Shown here: positions 10,344 to 21,411 of the stretch, in pieces
Position numbering within the stretch: the stretch's first letter is position 1
Layout: each line of letters opens with the position of its first letter
NCBI GenBank assembly: GCA_030606485.1
Contig: JAUWGH010000001.1
Span: 540,001 to 572,000 of the forward strand
Direction of reading: 5' to 3'
DNA length: 32,000 nucleotides
From: Promethearchaeota archaeon
GTDB lineage: Archaea > Asgardarchaeota > Lokiarchaeia > Sigyniarchaeales > SOKP01
Made by a program: the position numbers and the translations under genes
The notes under the pieces: generated by a model
The model's input: the letters and a program-made list of their open reading frames with translations, nothing else
The model's database searches: none
What the model was told of the DNA's origin: nothing

Positions 10344-11303
10344 ATGACAAACGAATCAATTTTTGAAAGGTATTATATAAAAGAAGAATTTATTGATAGA
10401 AAGACAAAGAATAATGAAGAAGGCGTGGATGTAATAATCCCAATTTTTAATACAAATGAATTATTCGAGAAGAATCTATTTTCTATTTATAGAGAAATCC
10501 CTGTGAATAGATTACTCATAGGAGATGGTGGATGCACGGATGATTCCTTAGAGATATTAGCAAAATTCCCGAGAATAGAAATTATTGATCAAACACACAA
10601 TCATACTTTAGGTTATTGTATTGTGGAGTTAATCTCAAATGTAGAAACTGAATGGTTTGTCTATCTTCATTCAGATGTATATCTTCCAGAGAATTGGTAT
10701 GATGTAATGAAGAAATACAACAATCAATTTGATTGGTATGAATGTGATAGGTCATCAACAATATTAGTAGAATATAAGGAAGATATTAGGAAAAGTAAAC
10801 GGGCCTATTCGGGGAGTCAAATGGGCCGAAAAGAGGCTTTTAATAAAATTATTTCAAAAATTGAAGATGATTATCTTTATAGAAATGAGGATATTGTGAT
10901 ACATGAACTACTTTTAACCGAAGGTTTTAAATATGGACGAGTTTTTGATACATTTCATTATCATCAAATCATGAATAAAAAAGGTGAAAAAGAACCAAAA
11001 CTTAAGAAGGTATTAATTGAAAGATTTCATGATAAAAAATGGGAAATTGATACATATCTCAAGCAAGTTAAAGGAATTATTAAATATATACAACCAAAAC
11101 CTTATCTACTCAGGGCAGTACAAGCTCCATTAAGGATTTTACAGCAATACAATGCAATCAACATAAAAGAATTTAAATCATGGGTTGAACGCACTAATAA
11201 AAATTGGTTGCCATATGTAAACTTAAAGGATTCTTTTTTCCTATGGATGTTAAAAAAAACTCGTATCTTGATAAATAAGATTTTTAATAAAATATTAAAT
11301 TAA
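10344..11303 (+). CDS. GT2 family glycosyltransferase (GT-A)
   Basis: DVIIPIFN, IGDGGCTDDS, VYLHSDVY. Confidence 0.88.
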   Translation: MTNESIFERYYIKEEFIDRKTKNNEEGVDVIIPIFNTNELFEKNLFSIYREIPVNRLLIGDGGCTDDSLEILAKFPRIEIIDQTHNHTLGYCIVELISNVETEWFVYLHSDVYLPENWYDVMKKYNNQFDWYECDRSSTILVEYKEDIRKSKRAYSGSQMGRKEAFNKIISKIEDDYLYRNEDIVIHELLLTEGFKYGRVFDTFHYHQIMNKKGEKEPKLKKVLIERFHDKKWEIDTYLKQVKGIIKYIQPKPYLLRAVQAPLRILQQYNAINIKEFKSWVERTNKNWLPYVNLKDSFFLWMLKKTRILINKIFNKILN

Positions 11304-11332
11304 AAACTTATTTTTAAATTTTGTTTTATTAA

Positions 11333-12657
11333 TTATGTCAATCTTTGAAAGCCACTGTGGGCAACTGGACCTTCTAATAAATCGAAAATCTTGTTTTCCT
11401 TGATTCCTTGAGCAATAATATTAAAAACTTCATCAACAGCATTAAGATAATCTTCTACGATCTCTTTTGTATGACTATAACTGACATAAACACTAGAACT
11501 TGCTAAATATCCTCTTTTTAACATTTCTTGAGTAAAGAGAGTTTTAAGTTCTTGTGCATTTTCATAATTAAATGTAAAAGTGGTTAATGCATTAGGAGGT
11601 AATATTTCAATGTTAAGCAAATGATCTTTTGCTAATTTTTCCCATCCCCTACTAATCATCTCACCGATATAGTCTAAATGGGCAGGAACATTTTTATCCT
11701 GCATTTTTCTAATAGTAGCAAGTGCTGCTGTTGGACCAATGCGTTCAGTCCAATAAGTACTGCTTATAAAACTAGTCTGAGCAGCATCCATGATATTTCC
11801 CTTCCCTATTACAGCAGCCATAGGGTAGCCATTACTCATTGCTTTTCCTACAACCATCATATCTGGGTTAACATTGAAGGTTAAATGAGCTCCGCCAACG
11901 ATAAATCTCCAACCAGAGGTTGTTTCATCAAAAATTAAGACAGCGCCAATCTCATCAGATATTTCTCTAATTTTTTTGAGAAAATCGTTCTTCGGTTCCT
12001 GATGTCTTAGTGGTTCTACAACGATAACATCAATGTCATTTTCTTTTACTAATGCTTCTAATTGCTTATTTTATTATATTCGAAAGGTAGTGCAGTGTTG
12101 ATTAAACTTCTTGGAACTCCATTTGGATCGAGACCAGGTAGAAGATGCCCATTGAGACTTGCATTATCTGCCAAATTACTTGATAAGTACCAGTCATGCC
12201 AGCCGTGATAACCACAAAAAGCAATTTTATCTTTTTTCGTATAGGCGCGTGCGATTCGTATAGCAATTGTCATTACTTCTCCTCCTGTCCTTGCATAACG
12301 TACTGCATTGGCTCATGGATGAAGTTCAATTAAAAGCTCCGCTAATTCGACCTCTTCGGGACTATTTAAAGTAGTCATAGAGCCCTCACTAATTACTTTA
12401 AGGACGGCTTCGTTCACATCCAGATCAGCGTAACCAAGAGTACAAGCCCCAACGCCCATTATTGTCATATCAATGAATTTATTATCATCTAAATCCCATA
12501 TCTGAACACCCTTTGCTTTTTTATAATAAGAGGGCCAATGATCTGGTAAAAACATTTCGGACCTTTTGCTTAATAATTGAGATCCTCCGGGGATCAATTT
12601 TTTTGCTTTATTCCATAAATCTATTCCTTTTTGACAGTTCATAATTTCACAGCTCAA
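11333..12657 (-). pseudogene. Class III PLP aminotransferase (glutamate-semialdehyde aminomutase-like, glycan-cluster type) with an in-frame TGA and a one-base deletion
   Basis: Three tracked ORFs join into one 441 aa protein: HP*ANAVRYARTGGE (TGA at 12313-12315), shift near 12066 (KI-[E]-QLEAL), FCGYHGWHDWY, FDETTSGWR, GKAMSNGYP. TTG start. Confidence 0.88.
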
Positions 12658-12717
12658 ATAACGTTTATAAATCAGATAAGGTTTTCATTTTTATCAAGAG
12701 AAATGAGATATATTTTA

Positions 12718-13458
12718 TTATTTTTTTAGTTTCGGAAGTGAAGTTTTAATTTGTTTCTTGCCTTCATTAATTTTTATAATCTCTGGTTTATTAATTAGTA
12801 AAGTCATAATTTCTTTAAGAGTAAAGATTTCCCCTCCTGTATATAATTCATCAAAAATTCTTTTAAATAACTCATAATCTTCTAAATAATCTAAAGTCAA
12901 TCTCCATTCAGGGTGGTTGTATATTGGATCTTTTATTTTATATATAAAAACTCTGTATAAATCTGAGCGATTTAAGTATTCACCCCAAATCTCTGTATCG
13001 ATTTCATCTTTTTTCTTGATTGCATCTTCCATAGCGGTCATTTTTATTAAATATGTTTGAATACCAACAGGTAAGTCTTTACAAAATACAAAATCTGCAT
13101 TTTTTTCCTCAAAAAATTCTATCATTTTGTCCATTATAATAGGATCTGTAAATGCATTGTCTCCAGTTGTACTACAAATAACATCTGCTCCATATTTCTT
13201 TGCTCCATTAAAAATACGTAACATAACATCATCAGGATGCCCTCGATAAAATTTAATTCCATTTTTTTTGGCTATATCTATTAAAATATCATCTTCTTCT
13301 AATGAAGATGTGCATAAAATAATTTCAGAAGGTTTTTTGGCTAATTTTAATCTATCGATCATATGATCTATATATCTTTTGCCTTTTATTTCAAGAAGTA
13401 CCTTTTTTTGTAATCGTGTAGATTTCATTCTTACTGTAATTGTTATAACATATTTCAT
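12718..13458 (-). CDS. spsF: SpsF-like cytidylyltransferase (CMP-nonulosonate synthetase family)
   Basis: [40 protein letters not shown]. Confidence 0.85.
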   Translation of the reverse strand: MKYVITITVRMKSTRLQKKVLLEIKGKRYIDHMIDRLKLAKKPSEIILCTSSLEEDDILIDIAKKNGIKFYRGHPDDVMLRIFNGAKKYGADVICSTTGDNAFTDPIIMDKMIEFFEEKNADFVFCKDLPVGIQTYLIKMTAMEDAIKKKDEIDTEIWGEYLNRSDLYRVFIYKIKDPIYNHPEWRLTLDYLEDYELFKRIFDELYTGGEIFTLKEIMTLLINKPEIIKINEGKKQIKTSLPKLKK

Positions 13459-13499
13459 AATAATTTTATTTCTCTTTTTTTTATATAATGAATGAAAAA

Positions 13500-15347
13500 T
13501 TAAAGATTTTTTTTAAAATCAGCAATTATTTGGTCCGTTGGAGAATAATTTTCTTTCGTGAACAATATATGTTCCAGACTTTCTTTCAACTTCTTTTTAT
13601 ATTCATTAAGTTTCTTAGGATTAGTTAATAATTCATTTAAATATTCAAATAGTTCTCTCTCATTATAAACTTTTTTAATATATTTTTCATCGTTATAATT
13701 GTACTTTCCAGAATAAAATACCGGTTTATTTACTAAATCCAAACAAATTACTGGTGTGCCAATTACCATTGAATCAAGAATTACGGCGGAATCTTGAGTT
13801 AAGACTATATCCGCTGAATTTATAATGTTAAAAATATTAATATTCTTAACTATTATCGCATCATATTCAACTTTATTTCTGAAATCTCTTAAAAAAGATC
13901 CATTTTCTCTAGGATGGAGTTTAATTATCAATTGAATATTAGTCATTCTTTTAAGAGTATTAACAATTGTGGATAATATAACTCTTTTGGGAGCTTTTGG
14001 AATTGGATTTGAGCAATATAAAATTTTTTTTTTATTATTTGAGAGATCATGTAAGATTTGAGTCGTATAATCTTTAACCTTATCAACTTTTTTAATACCA
14101 CCTTTTATGATTTTCTCGTATTTTGTAGAACCAATGATTTTTATCTTATTTGCTTCTACACCATTATTTGAAAGAAAAATTTTATCTATCTCACTATCCA
14201 CATATATTATATCACTTAACGAAGGCGTAATTTCCGAACCATCATTAGGAATACCTACATGCGGTAAAAAAAAAGTCTTAATACCATGTTTTTTACACAG
14301 AAAATAAGTAATACGTGATTCTGGAAAAAATTCATTAAAAGTTATTATCATTTTATAATTATTTAATTCCAATTCCTTTTCAATAGTTTTTTGCCAATAT
14401 GATATTTGTGGAATAATTTCAAAAAAAATATTTTTTAAAACATTAAAGCCAATATTTTGAATTGATTTTTTTAAATCTTTAACAAGTTCTTGTTTAAATT
14501 TTTTGTTTTTCCAAAATCTTTTAAATTTTAATTTTAATCTAATTCTTGTCATATATTGAAATTTAAAATCGGTTATTGTGGGATTATATTTAAAGAGTTC
14601 TGGACCAATTCTCTTATAACTAATCTTATTTTCTTTCATATATTTATTTAATAAGCCCATACCTCCCAATAAATATAATTTGGGGAGAATTATGCCAACA
14701 TCATAATGTTTTTGGAAATTCTGATATTTTGGTTTTATGTTAATATTTTTAAAGATTGATCTTAAATCATGCAAAATGTTATAAAAAAAAAGAGAAATCT
14801 TATCAAATAAATAAAATAATCTATCAATTTTACTCTTATAAAAAGACTTTTTCAGATTATCAATTTTAATATCCTTTTCAATGCATTCAAAAAGGTTTAA
14901 ATCTTTTTGAAGAAAAACAATATGAGTGGGATTTTCTCTCTCAATTATAGATTTAATAAAATCTATTTTTGGAAATAAATAATTTAAATCATATTTGATT
15001 TCAGATTCTAAAATTGTCCAAAAATGATTTAATCTTTTATATTTAGATTTTAATAAATTATTGTAAAATTGCTTTATCTTTAGCCAAATTTTTTCAACAT
15101 TAATTTGATACTTCTCTCTTTCAATATTCATGTATTCATTAATAACAGATTTAAAGGATGAGTTGTATCCTTTTCTATATAGAGCTTCATAACTTTTATT
15201 AAGACAAAACAAATGAACAAGAGGATTATTACCTTTATACTTTTTTTTTAATAAGGAAACTAATTTCATAATTTCTTGGTTTTTTAGAAAACGGTAATAT
15301 TTTGCTTTTTTTGACAGAAAAATATCAAAAAAAATTAAGATCTTCAT
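13500..15347 (-). CDS. Large GT-B protein, candidate CMP-nonulosonate transferase (CDP-glycerol transferase/UDP-GlcNAc epimerase-like fold)
   Basis: 615 aa; [42 protein letters not shown]. Paralog of 21412-23283; directly upstream of spsF. Confidence 0.6.
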   Translation of the reverse strand: MKILIFFDIFLSKKAKYYRFLKNQEIMKLVSLLKKKYKGNNPLVHLFCLNKSYEALYRKGYNSSFKSVINEYMNIEREKYQINVEKIWLKIKQFYNNLLKSKYKRLNHFWTILESEIKYDLNYLFPKIDFIKSIIERENPTHIVFLQKDLNLFECIEKDIKIDNLKKSFYKSKIDRLFYLFDKISLFFYNILHDLRSIFKNINIKPKYQNFQKHYDVGIILPKLYLLGGMGLLNKYMKENKISYKRIGPELFKYNPTITDFKFQYMTRIRLKLKFKRFWKNKKFKQELVKDLKKSIQNIGFNVLKNIFFEIIPQISYWQKTIEKELELNNYKMIITFNEFFPESRITYFLCKKHGIKTFFLPHVGIPNDGSEITPSLSDIIYVDSEIDKIFLSNNGVEANKIKIIGSTKYEKIIKGGIKKVDKVKDYTTQILHDLSNNKKKILYCSNPIPKAPKRVILSTIVNTLKRMTNIQLIIKLHPRENGSFLRDFRNKVEYDAIIVKNINIFNIINSADIVLTQDSAVILDSMVIGTPVICLDLVNKPVFYSGKYNYNDEKYIKKVYNERELFEYLNELLTNPKKLNEYKKKLKESLEHILFTKENYSPTDQIIADFKKNL

Positions 15348-15473
15348 TAATCTCCTTTAAAGATAGATCCTTTTTAGAATTTATTAAATTAGATATCTTT
15401 ATAATGCATCTACTTCATGAAAATGATATTTTATAATATAGTCTTAGACATAATAATCTTATATTTATGTAGA

Positions 15474-15950
15474 TCATCTAAATTCCCAAGTATTATCACA
15501 ATAGATGCCACCCTTAGCAATCGTATTTGTTCGTGAAAATTTAACCCCTGGTAATAATTTTTCTGTAAAGGCAGGATCGGATAAACAAAATGCATATGCT
15601 AAATCATCTAACCCTAAATCTTTTAATATTTCAAAAAAAGGGCATCTTTCATATTTAACCTTCAAAATATTTGGTGTTGATTCAATTATTTTTAAGTAAG
15701 GTGTTTTTTCTGCATAATCCTCATAAAACACTCTAAATTTATCAAAACGCTCTTGAGAGCCTATTTTAGTAGATACTAAAACATTTTCATAAATACCAAT
15801 CATATATCGGGTAAAAGCCTTTAATGCAATATTAAAAGCTTTATCAGGTTCCAAATTCTCTTTTAAAGTTGTTAAAAATGAAATCATAGTTAAAGATTCT
15901 TGCTTTTTCTTTTTATAAATTTCATCTCTATGATTTTGAGCTTTATTCAT
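15474..15950 (-). CDS. L-2-amino-thiazoline-4-carboxylate hydrolase family (V4R-like) protein
   Basis: CPFFEILKDLG, FCLSD, RTNTIAKGGIYCD cysteine pattern. Confidence 0.75.
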   Translation of the reverse strand: MNKAQNHRDEIYKKKKQESLTMISFLTTLKENLEPDKAFNIALKAFTRYMIGIYENVLVSTKIGSQERFDKFRVFYEDYAEKTPYLKIIESTPNILKVKYERCPFFEILKDLGLDDLAYAFCLSDPAFTEKLLPGVKFSRTNTIAKGGIYCDNTWEFR

Positions 15951-16060
15951 TGTTTTATCATACTATGAAAATAAAGATCTTCTTAATTTTATTAAATTTT
16001 ATAATTCTGATAATATTATCTCTATGGTAATAAACAGTAAAATAGAAAAAATTGAAAAAT

Positions 16061-17185
16061 CTAATGAATAGGTTCTTTTAATCGCCATATTCCATCTCGT
16101 TTTTCGACAAGATCTCTGTTAGCGTATTTTTCTACGACTTGCCAGAAGTATTCTTCTGTTATTTCAATAAAATCAAGAAAATCTTTTAATATTTTGGGAT
16201 CTAATTTATATTCATGTTCATTTGCAATTTTTACAGCCTCTTCTCGAGATATTCGCCCTTCTCTAATATCTAAACTTAAATAATCTGTGAGGACCCAATG
16301 TCCAAACTTTACGAATTTAAACCAAGTATGGGTTAAATATCCAACTGTATCAATCTGAAGGTAGTGCAATCCCGGTAACCCTTTACGTTCCCATTCACCA
16401 GTGTCTTTTAAAGTTTTCCACCCATTTTTTATTGCCCAGCGATAATTCTCATAATCACTCCAAGGCACGTAATAACTACAAAAGCGTGCTTCTATATCTG
16501 CTTTTTCAATTTCTTCCATAGTAGGGAAGATAATTGGATTTAAATCTTTCATTGTAATCTCATCATCCAACCATTCAACCAGTGGGATTGGTTTTACCAC
16601 ATCATTTTTAAGTTGCACAAGTGCATCGGGAATATTTTCTTTTACAGGACCACCGCGCTCGTATGATGTATTTTCACCCCAAATAACAAGGGGGATCCCC
16701 AACTTTATTGCCATCTGTAAAGGATAGGCATATATAGATCTATCCCAATACCAACATGGAATTAACTGTTTTTCAAAAGCTTTTTTGAACATTTTTCGAG
16801 CAACTTTACGATTTAAAGTTAAGAGATGAATATCAACTCCGAAACGATCCCCTAGGTTTACGTAATTCAACCGACCTGTTTCCGTCCAGCTAAAATTATC
16901 AATTGAAATACAAAGAGGATTCATACCTAATTTTTCTTTTAAAAGATGGATTTGGTAATAACTATCTTTCCCACTACTAGCAGTAATAAGGCAATCATAA
17001 TAGTTACCATTCCGTCCTCGGTGTTTATCTGCAAGAGCTTCAAATTCCTTCCACCTTGCATCCCAATCAATATTTTTTCGATCTTCATATCTTTTACAAG
17101 GCATACAGATTCCATCGTCATCAAAAGAGATATAAGGTCTTGTATCAGGCATTATACATTTTTTACAATATCTCATTTTATTCAA
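16061..17185 (-). CDS. N-acetyl sugar amidotransferase (WbuX/PseA-like, PP-loop)
   Basis: YCKKCIMPDTRP and GICMPC Cys cluster, YDCLITASSGKDSYYQ PP-loop, IWGEN, DIREGRISREEA. Confidence 0.9.
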   Translation of the reverse strand: MNKMRYCKKCIMPDTRPYISFDDDGICMPCKRYEDRKNIDWDARWKEFEALADKHRGRNGNYYDCLITASSGKDSYYQIHLLKEKLGMNPLCISIDNFSWTETGRLNYVNLGDRFGVDIHLLTLNRKVARKMFKKAFEKQLIPCWYWDRSIYAYPLQMAIKLGIPLVIWGENTSYERGGPVKENIPDALVQLKNDVVKPIPLVEWLDDEITMKDLNPIIFPTMEEIEKADIEARFCSYYVPWSDYENYRWAIKNGWKTLKDTGEWERKGLPGLHYLQIDTVGYLTHTWFKFVKFGHWVLTDYLSLDIREGRISREEAVKIANEHEYKLDPKILKDFLDFIEITEEYFWQVVEKYANRDLVEKRDGIWRLKEPIH

Positions 17186-17388
17186 TTAAAAACTGATTAT
17201 TTGATTAAAAACAAACAAACAAATATCTCTTAAATGTTTATCTATTTTTAAAAATTATATTAACTTAATAGGTTATATGCTATAAAATTTAAAATAAATT
17301 TTTCGTTTTTGATATAATTTTTTAAAGAGTTTAGTGAAATGTTTCAAAGGAACAAAATTTTTATCAATTCAATATATTTAAAATTAGA

Positions 17389-18432
17389 TTACAATAAATC
17401 ATCAAATGTTATATTATAATATTTTTTAATATCTTTTTGAGTAATTTTTCCTTCAATTTCATTAAATTTATCTGGTGGTATCCCTGGTTCATTTCTTAGA
17501 AACATAACATTTTCCCTGGTAATTTTACTACCTTTAGCAATATCCTTTATTGCCACTATACTTTTTTTACAATAGGCTCGATAAATTAGTTCACCCTCCG
17601 TAAAACTTCTAATTTCTTTCTTTCCTATACTTTTTTCGCATATTCTCAATAGATTTACAAAATCTATGAAATTTTCAGGGTTTAATGAAGATTCATAATC
17701 AATTCCTTTATCTTCTCTAGTTAGAATAAAGTGTTTTTCAATAACACTAGCTCCATATCCAATAGACATAATTGGAATAATTTTTGCTAAAATTGAACCT
17801 GCATCAATATGATCATAGAATCCAATATTTAAACCAAATATTCTTTCTAAAGATCTGATATAATTTAAATTTGAATCCTCAATTCTAGTAGGAAATCCTT
17901 GATAACCATGCATCAATATTAGATCTTTATTTCCATTTTTTCTTAGATAATCAATTGCTTTTTTTATTTCAGCAACAGTTGAAGCTCCACAACCTAGAAA
18001 TATTGGCTTCTTAGACATAGCAACTTTTTTTAAAAGTTCTGGATTTGAGATATCAGATGAATGTACTTTAAAAGCGTCAACTCCTTTATCTATTAAAAAT
18101 TTTATACTTTCAATATCATATCCCGCAGCAAAGAATATTATATCCTCCTTCTTTATTATTTCTATCACTTTTGACCATTCATCTTGTGTTAATTCTAATC
18201 GCTTAATTAAATCATAATCTTTATAGATTGGAGACATATATCTCTCTTTTTTAAATACTTGAATCTGAATTGCATCTGCTGTAGCTTTAGCTGCTAAATT
18301 AACTAAATCGCATGCATTTTTAACATTTCCTTGGTGAGCACAAGCCATTTCTGCGATTAAAAATGTAGGATATCCTTCTCCAATAATTTTATTTTTAATT
18401 TTCATTGGTTCTACCATAATATATATCTCCAA
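17389..18432 (-). CDS. Divergent NeuB/SpsE-family synthase with C-terminal SAF domain
   Basis: IAEMACAHQG, GFYDH, IEKHF, KKSIVA...RNEPG. True start is probably ATG 18417 (MVEPMK), by alignment to the 27070 paralog. Confidence 0.88.
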   Translation of the reverse strand: MEIYIMVEPMKIKNKIIGEGYPTFLIAEMACAHQGNVKNACDLVNLAAKATADAIQIQVFKKERYMSPIYKDYDLIKRLELTQDEWSKVIEIIKKEDIIFFAAGYDIESIKFLIDKGVDAFKVHSSDISNPELLKKVAMSKKPIFLGCGASTVAEIKKAIDYLRKNGNKDLILMHGYQGFPTRIEDSNLNYIRSLERIFGLNIGFYDHIDAGSILAKIIPIMSIGYGASVIEKHFILTREDKGIDYESSLNPENFIDFVNLLRICEKSIGKKEIRSFTEGELIYRAYCKKSIVAIKDIAKGSKITRENVMFLRNEPGIPPDKFNEIEGKITQKDIKKYYNITFDDLL

Positions 18433-18544
18433 AAGAGTAGATTAATTAATAATATTTAATAGTTTAAAAAAAGTTTTTATTTAATAATAAAGTAGAAATT
18501 AATTTTTTATGATTTATTGAATTTAAAATTAAAAATAGAATTTA

Positions 18545-19597
18545 ATGAAAGAAATTTCAATTAATGGAAAAAAAATCGGACCTGAATCACCTATTTTTTT
18601 AATTGCCGAAGCCGGAGTAAATCATAACGGTAAATTAAATTTAGCTAAAAAGATGATTGATATCGCCCTTGAGGCGAAGGTAGATGCTATAAAGTTTCAA
18701 ACCTTTTCAACAGAAAAATTATTATTAAAAACAACTCCAAAAATTAAATATCAGAAAGAAAACGTAGAAGACCAAGAAAATTTTTATGATATGCTCAAAA
18801 AGTATGAATTAACGATAGAAGATTTTAAAATCCTAAATAATTATTGCAAAGAAATAGGTTTAATATTTCTATCTACTCCTTTTGATGAAATTTCAGTTAA
18901 ATGGTTAGATATTTTAAATATTTCTGCTTTTAAAATTGGTTCTGGTGATATGAATAATTTTCCGTTATTAAAATTGATTTCTTCAAAAAAAAAACCAATT
19001 TTGTTATCAACAGGTATGGCAACTTTGGAAGAGGTTATAGAATCAGTCAATTTCTTAAAATCAAACAATGTTGAAGATATAGTTATTTTTCAATGCACCA
19101 CAAATTATCCTTCAAATTATGAAGAAATAAATCTTAATGTTATTGATACGTATAAGAAAGAATTTCCAAATAATATTATTGGATTCTCTGATCATTCTTT
19201 AGGATTTGAAGCATCTATTGGAGCTGCTGCAAAAGGAGTAAAAGTTATAGAGAAACATTTTACTATAAATAAAGAAATGGATGGACCGGATCATAAAGCT
19301 TCTCTAAATCCTAGAGAGTTAAAAGAATGGGTAAAACACATAAGGAATCTTGAAAAAGCACTAGGGGATTATAAAAAATTTCCTTCAAAAAATGAACAAG
19401 AAATTGCTAAAATTGCGAGAAAAAGCATTGTTACTTTAAGTGATTTGAAAGAAGGAGATTTAATAAAAAGGGAAGATATAGATATAAAAAGACCGGGATA
19501 TGGTATATCTCCAAAATATTTTAACTCCTTAATTGGAAAAACTATTAAAAGGAATGTTCCAAAAAATTCAATTCTTTTCTGGGAGGATGTAGAATAA
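18545..19597 (+). CDS. neuB: Canonical N-acetylneuraminate/legionaminate synthase
   Basis: IAEAGVNHNG, IKFQTF, STPFD, KIGSGD, LSTGM, TNYP, GFSDHS, IEKHFT, GPDHKASL, KRPG. Confidence 0.95.
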   Translation: MKEISINGKKIGPESPIFLIAEAGVNHNGKLNLAKKMIDIALEAKVDAIKFQTFSTEKLLLKTTPKIKYQKENVEDQENFYDMLKKYELTIEDFKILNNYCKEIGLIFLSTPFDEISVKWLDILNISAFKIGSGDMNNFPLLKLISSKKKPILLSTGMATLEEVIESVNFLKSNNVEDIVIFQCTTNYPSNYEEINLNVIDTYKKEFPNNIIGFSDHSLGFEASIGAAAKGVKVIEKHFTINKEMDGPDHKASLNPRELKEWVKHIRNLEKALGDYKKFPSKNEQEIAKIARKSIVTLSDLKEGDLIKREDIDIKRPGYGISPKYFNSLIGKTIKRNVPKNSILFWEDVE

Positions 19598-20767
19598 TTG
19601 TCTAAAAAAAAAATATGTATTGTCACAGGAGCTAGATCCGATTATGCTTATCTAGAATTAATAATAAAAAAGGTTGAAGAATCTGAAAACTTAGAATTAT
19701 CTTTGTTTGTAACAGGTCTACATTTATTAAAAAAATATGGTGAAACAATTAAAATAATAAAAAATGATGGATTTCCAATAAAAAAAGTTATACTTATGTA
19801 TGATGAAAATAATTTCGAACAAGAGAATTTAGGTAAGTATGTTGGAAAAGCAATACTAAACTTTACAGAAGCATTGAATGAAGAAAAACCAGATATATTG
19901 TTAGTATTGGGAGATAGATATGAACCTTTAGCTGCAGTTATTGCTGCTACTACCTTATCGATACCAATTGCCCATATTCATGGTGGTGATAATGTTTTTC
20001 AAGGACAAGTTGATGAACAAATTCGACATGCTATTACAAAATTCGCTCATATCCATTTTCCTGCAACTCAAAAAAGCGAAAGAAGAATTGAATTACTGGG
20101 CGAAGAAAAGTGGAGAATTCATATGGTTGGTTCCCCAACTATAGATAAAATTAACTTAGAGAAAAAAAAATTAATAAGTAAGGAGGATATTTGCAAAGAT
20201 TTTAAATTTACTAGGTATGAAAAATTAGTTCTTTGTATTCAACATCCATATATATTTGAAGCGGAATTGGCGGGTTCGCAAATAAAAACCACGCTTGATG
20301 TACTAAAAAAACTTAGTTTGCAAACAATTATTATATATCCAAATAATGATCCAGGCAGTGATTTAATAATAAAAGAAATAGAATCCAATAGGGATGTGCA
20401 AAATTTTAGAATTCGTAAGAATTTAGAGAGAAAAGTATATTTAAGTTTATTGAATAACGTAAATCTCTTAATTGGAAATTCAAGTGGTGGATTAATTGAA
20501 TCACCAATGTTTAAATTACCAGTAGTAAATATAGGAGATAGAAATAGAGGAAGAGAGAGTGGTGATAATGTAATTAATGTTGCTCCAGTTTACTCAGAAA
20601 TTGAAAAAAGTGTAAGTAAAGCATTTTCAGACGAATTTAAAGCATTTTGTAAAATGGTAAAAAATCCTTATGGAGATGGAAAAGCTTCGGATCGGATAAT
20701 TAAAATATTAGAAAATTTAGAAATAAATGTGAAATTAATGAAAAAAAGATTAACTTATGATGTTTAA
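19598..20767 (+). CDS. neuC: Hydrolysing UDP-N-acetylhexosamine 2-epimerase (NeuC/LegG-like)
   Basis: VTGARSDY, LGDRYE, HIHGGD, RHAITKFAHIHF, GNSSGG, NPYGDG. TTG start abuts the neuB stop. Confidence 0.95.
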   Translation: MSKKKICIVTGARSDYAYLELIIKKVEESENLELSLFVTGLHLLKKYGETIKIIKNDGFPIKKVILMYDENNFEQENLGKYVGKAILNFTEALNEEKPDILLVLGDRYEPLAAVIAATTLSIPIAHIHGGDNVFQGQVDEQIRHAITKFAHIHFPATQKSERRIELLGEEKWRIHMVGSPTIDKINLEKKKLISKEDICKDFKFTRYEKLVLCIQHPYIFEAELAGSQIKTTLDVLKKLSLQTIIIYPNNDPGSDLIIKEIESNRDVQNFRIRKNLERKVYLSLLNNVNLLIGNSSGGLIESPMFKLPVVNIGDRNRGRESGDNVINVAPVYSEIEKSVSKAFSDEFKAFCKMVKNPYGDGKASDRIIKILENLEINVKLMKKRLTYDV

Positions 20768-21273
20768 ATATCTTCAAATTTAACTTTTGGGCGATTTCCT
20801 ATTACTTTACATGGATTTCCTACGTTTATTGTCCATGGTTTAACATCTTTCAAAACTAGACTATTACTACCGATAATTGCCCCCTTACCAATTATAACTC
20901 CTGGATGGACAACTGAATTTGTCCCTATAAATGCATCCTTTTCGATCCTCACAAATGAAACCTTAACGTTTCTTTGTTCTTTAGGCAAAACAGTTGACAT
21001 CCTATGCCCTCCATGGTATGTATCAGTACCAGTTAATATTCTTGCTCCATCTGCTAATACAGTGTAATCTCCTAAATAGAGTTTTCCCCCACCAATAACG
21101 CTCACAAAACGAGATATATGAACATATCTTCCGATTTTTATACCATTTCCTCCATAAATAAAGGTAAAATCATCTATTTCAGAGAAGTCTCCGATTTCTA
21201 TAACTTCAGGTTTTATAATTTTTGCAGAGTCAAAAATTTTGACACCCTTACCGATTTTTTTAAATTGATTCAT
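20764..21273 (-). CDS. Hexapeptide-repeat (left-handed beta-helix) acyltransferase
   Basis: IGKGVKI, IGDFSEI, IGRYVHI, IEKDAFIG, IGKGAIIG repeats and VGNP; stop shares TTAA with neuC. Confidence 0.88.
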   Translation of the reverse strand: MNQFKKIGKGVKIFDSAKIIKPEVIEIGDFSEIDDFTFIYGGNGIKIGRYVHISRFVSVIGGGKLYLGDYTVLADGARILTGTDTYHGGHRMSTVLPKEQRNVKVSFVRIEKDAFIGTNSVVHPGVIIGKGAIIGSNSLVLKDVKPWTINVGNPCKVIGNRPKVKFEDI

Positions 21274-21411
21274 ATTGAATATATAGAATTTAAAAAAATT
21301 AATAATATCATTCTTTCTATTGAAATAATTAAAAATTAAAAAATAACAAAATTCAGAGAGATTGAAATTACCTAAGATGATATTTTTACAACCATAATGT
21401 GAATTGTAGTT

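Noticed and set aside
11333-12657. Calling the aminotransferase hemL (tetrapyrrole synthesis)
   Set aside because: Context beside spsF and the YHGWHDWY and STYWTE motifs fit the glycan-cluster subgroup; no tetrapyrrole genes nearby.
11333-17185. Higher GC in the aminotransferase and amidotransferase versus very low GC in the large transferases, as evidence of transfer
   Set aside because: Only spot-checked on a few lines, and explicable by Lys/Ile/Asn/Phe-rich protein composition.
18433-18544. TATA/BRE promoter elements in this and other divergent spacers
   Set aside because: The spacers are so AT-rich that TATA-like strings occur everywhere; specific sites cannot be supported.
8173-21339. 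Short ORFs 8173-8373, 11678-11884, 14107-14307, 15505-15699, 16939-17124, 16946-17233, 18841-19068, 19369-19626, 19941-20144, 21118-21339
   Set aside because: They overlap better-supported genes antisense or off-frame and show no recognisable motifs.
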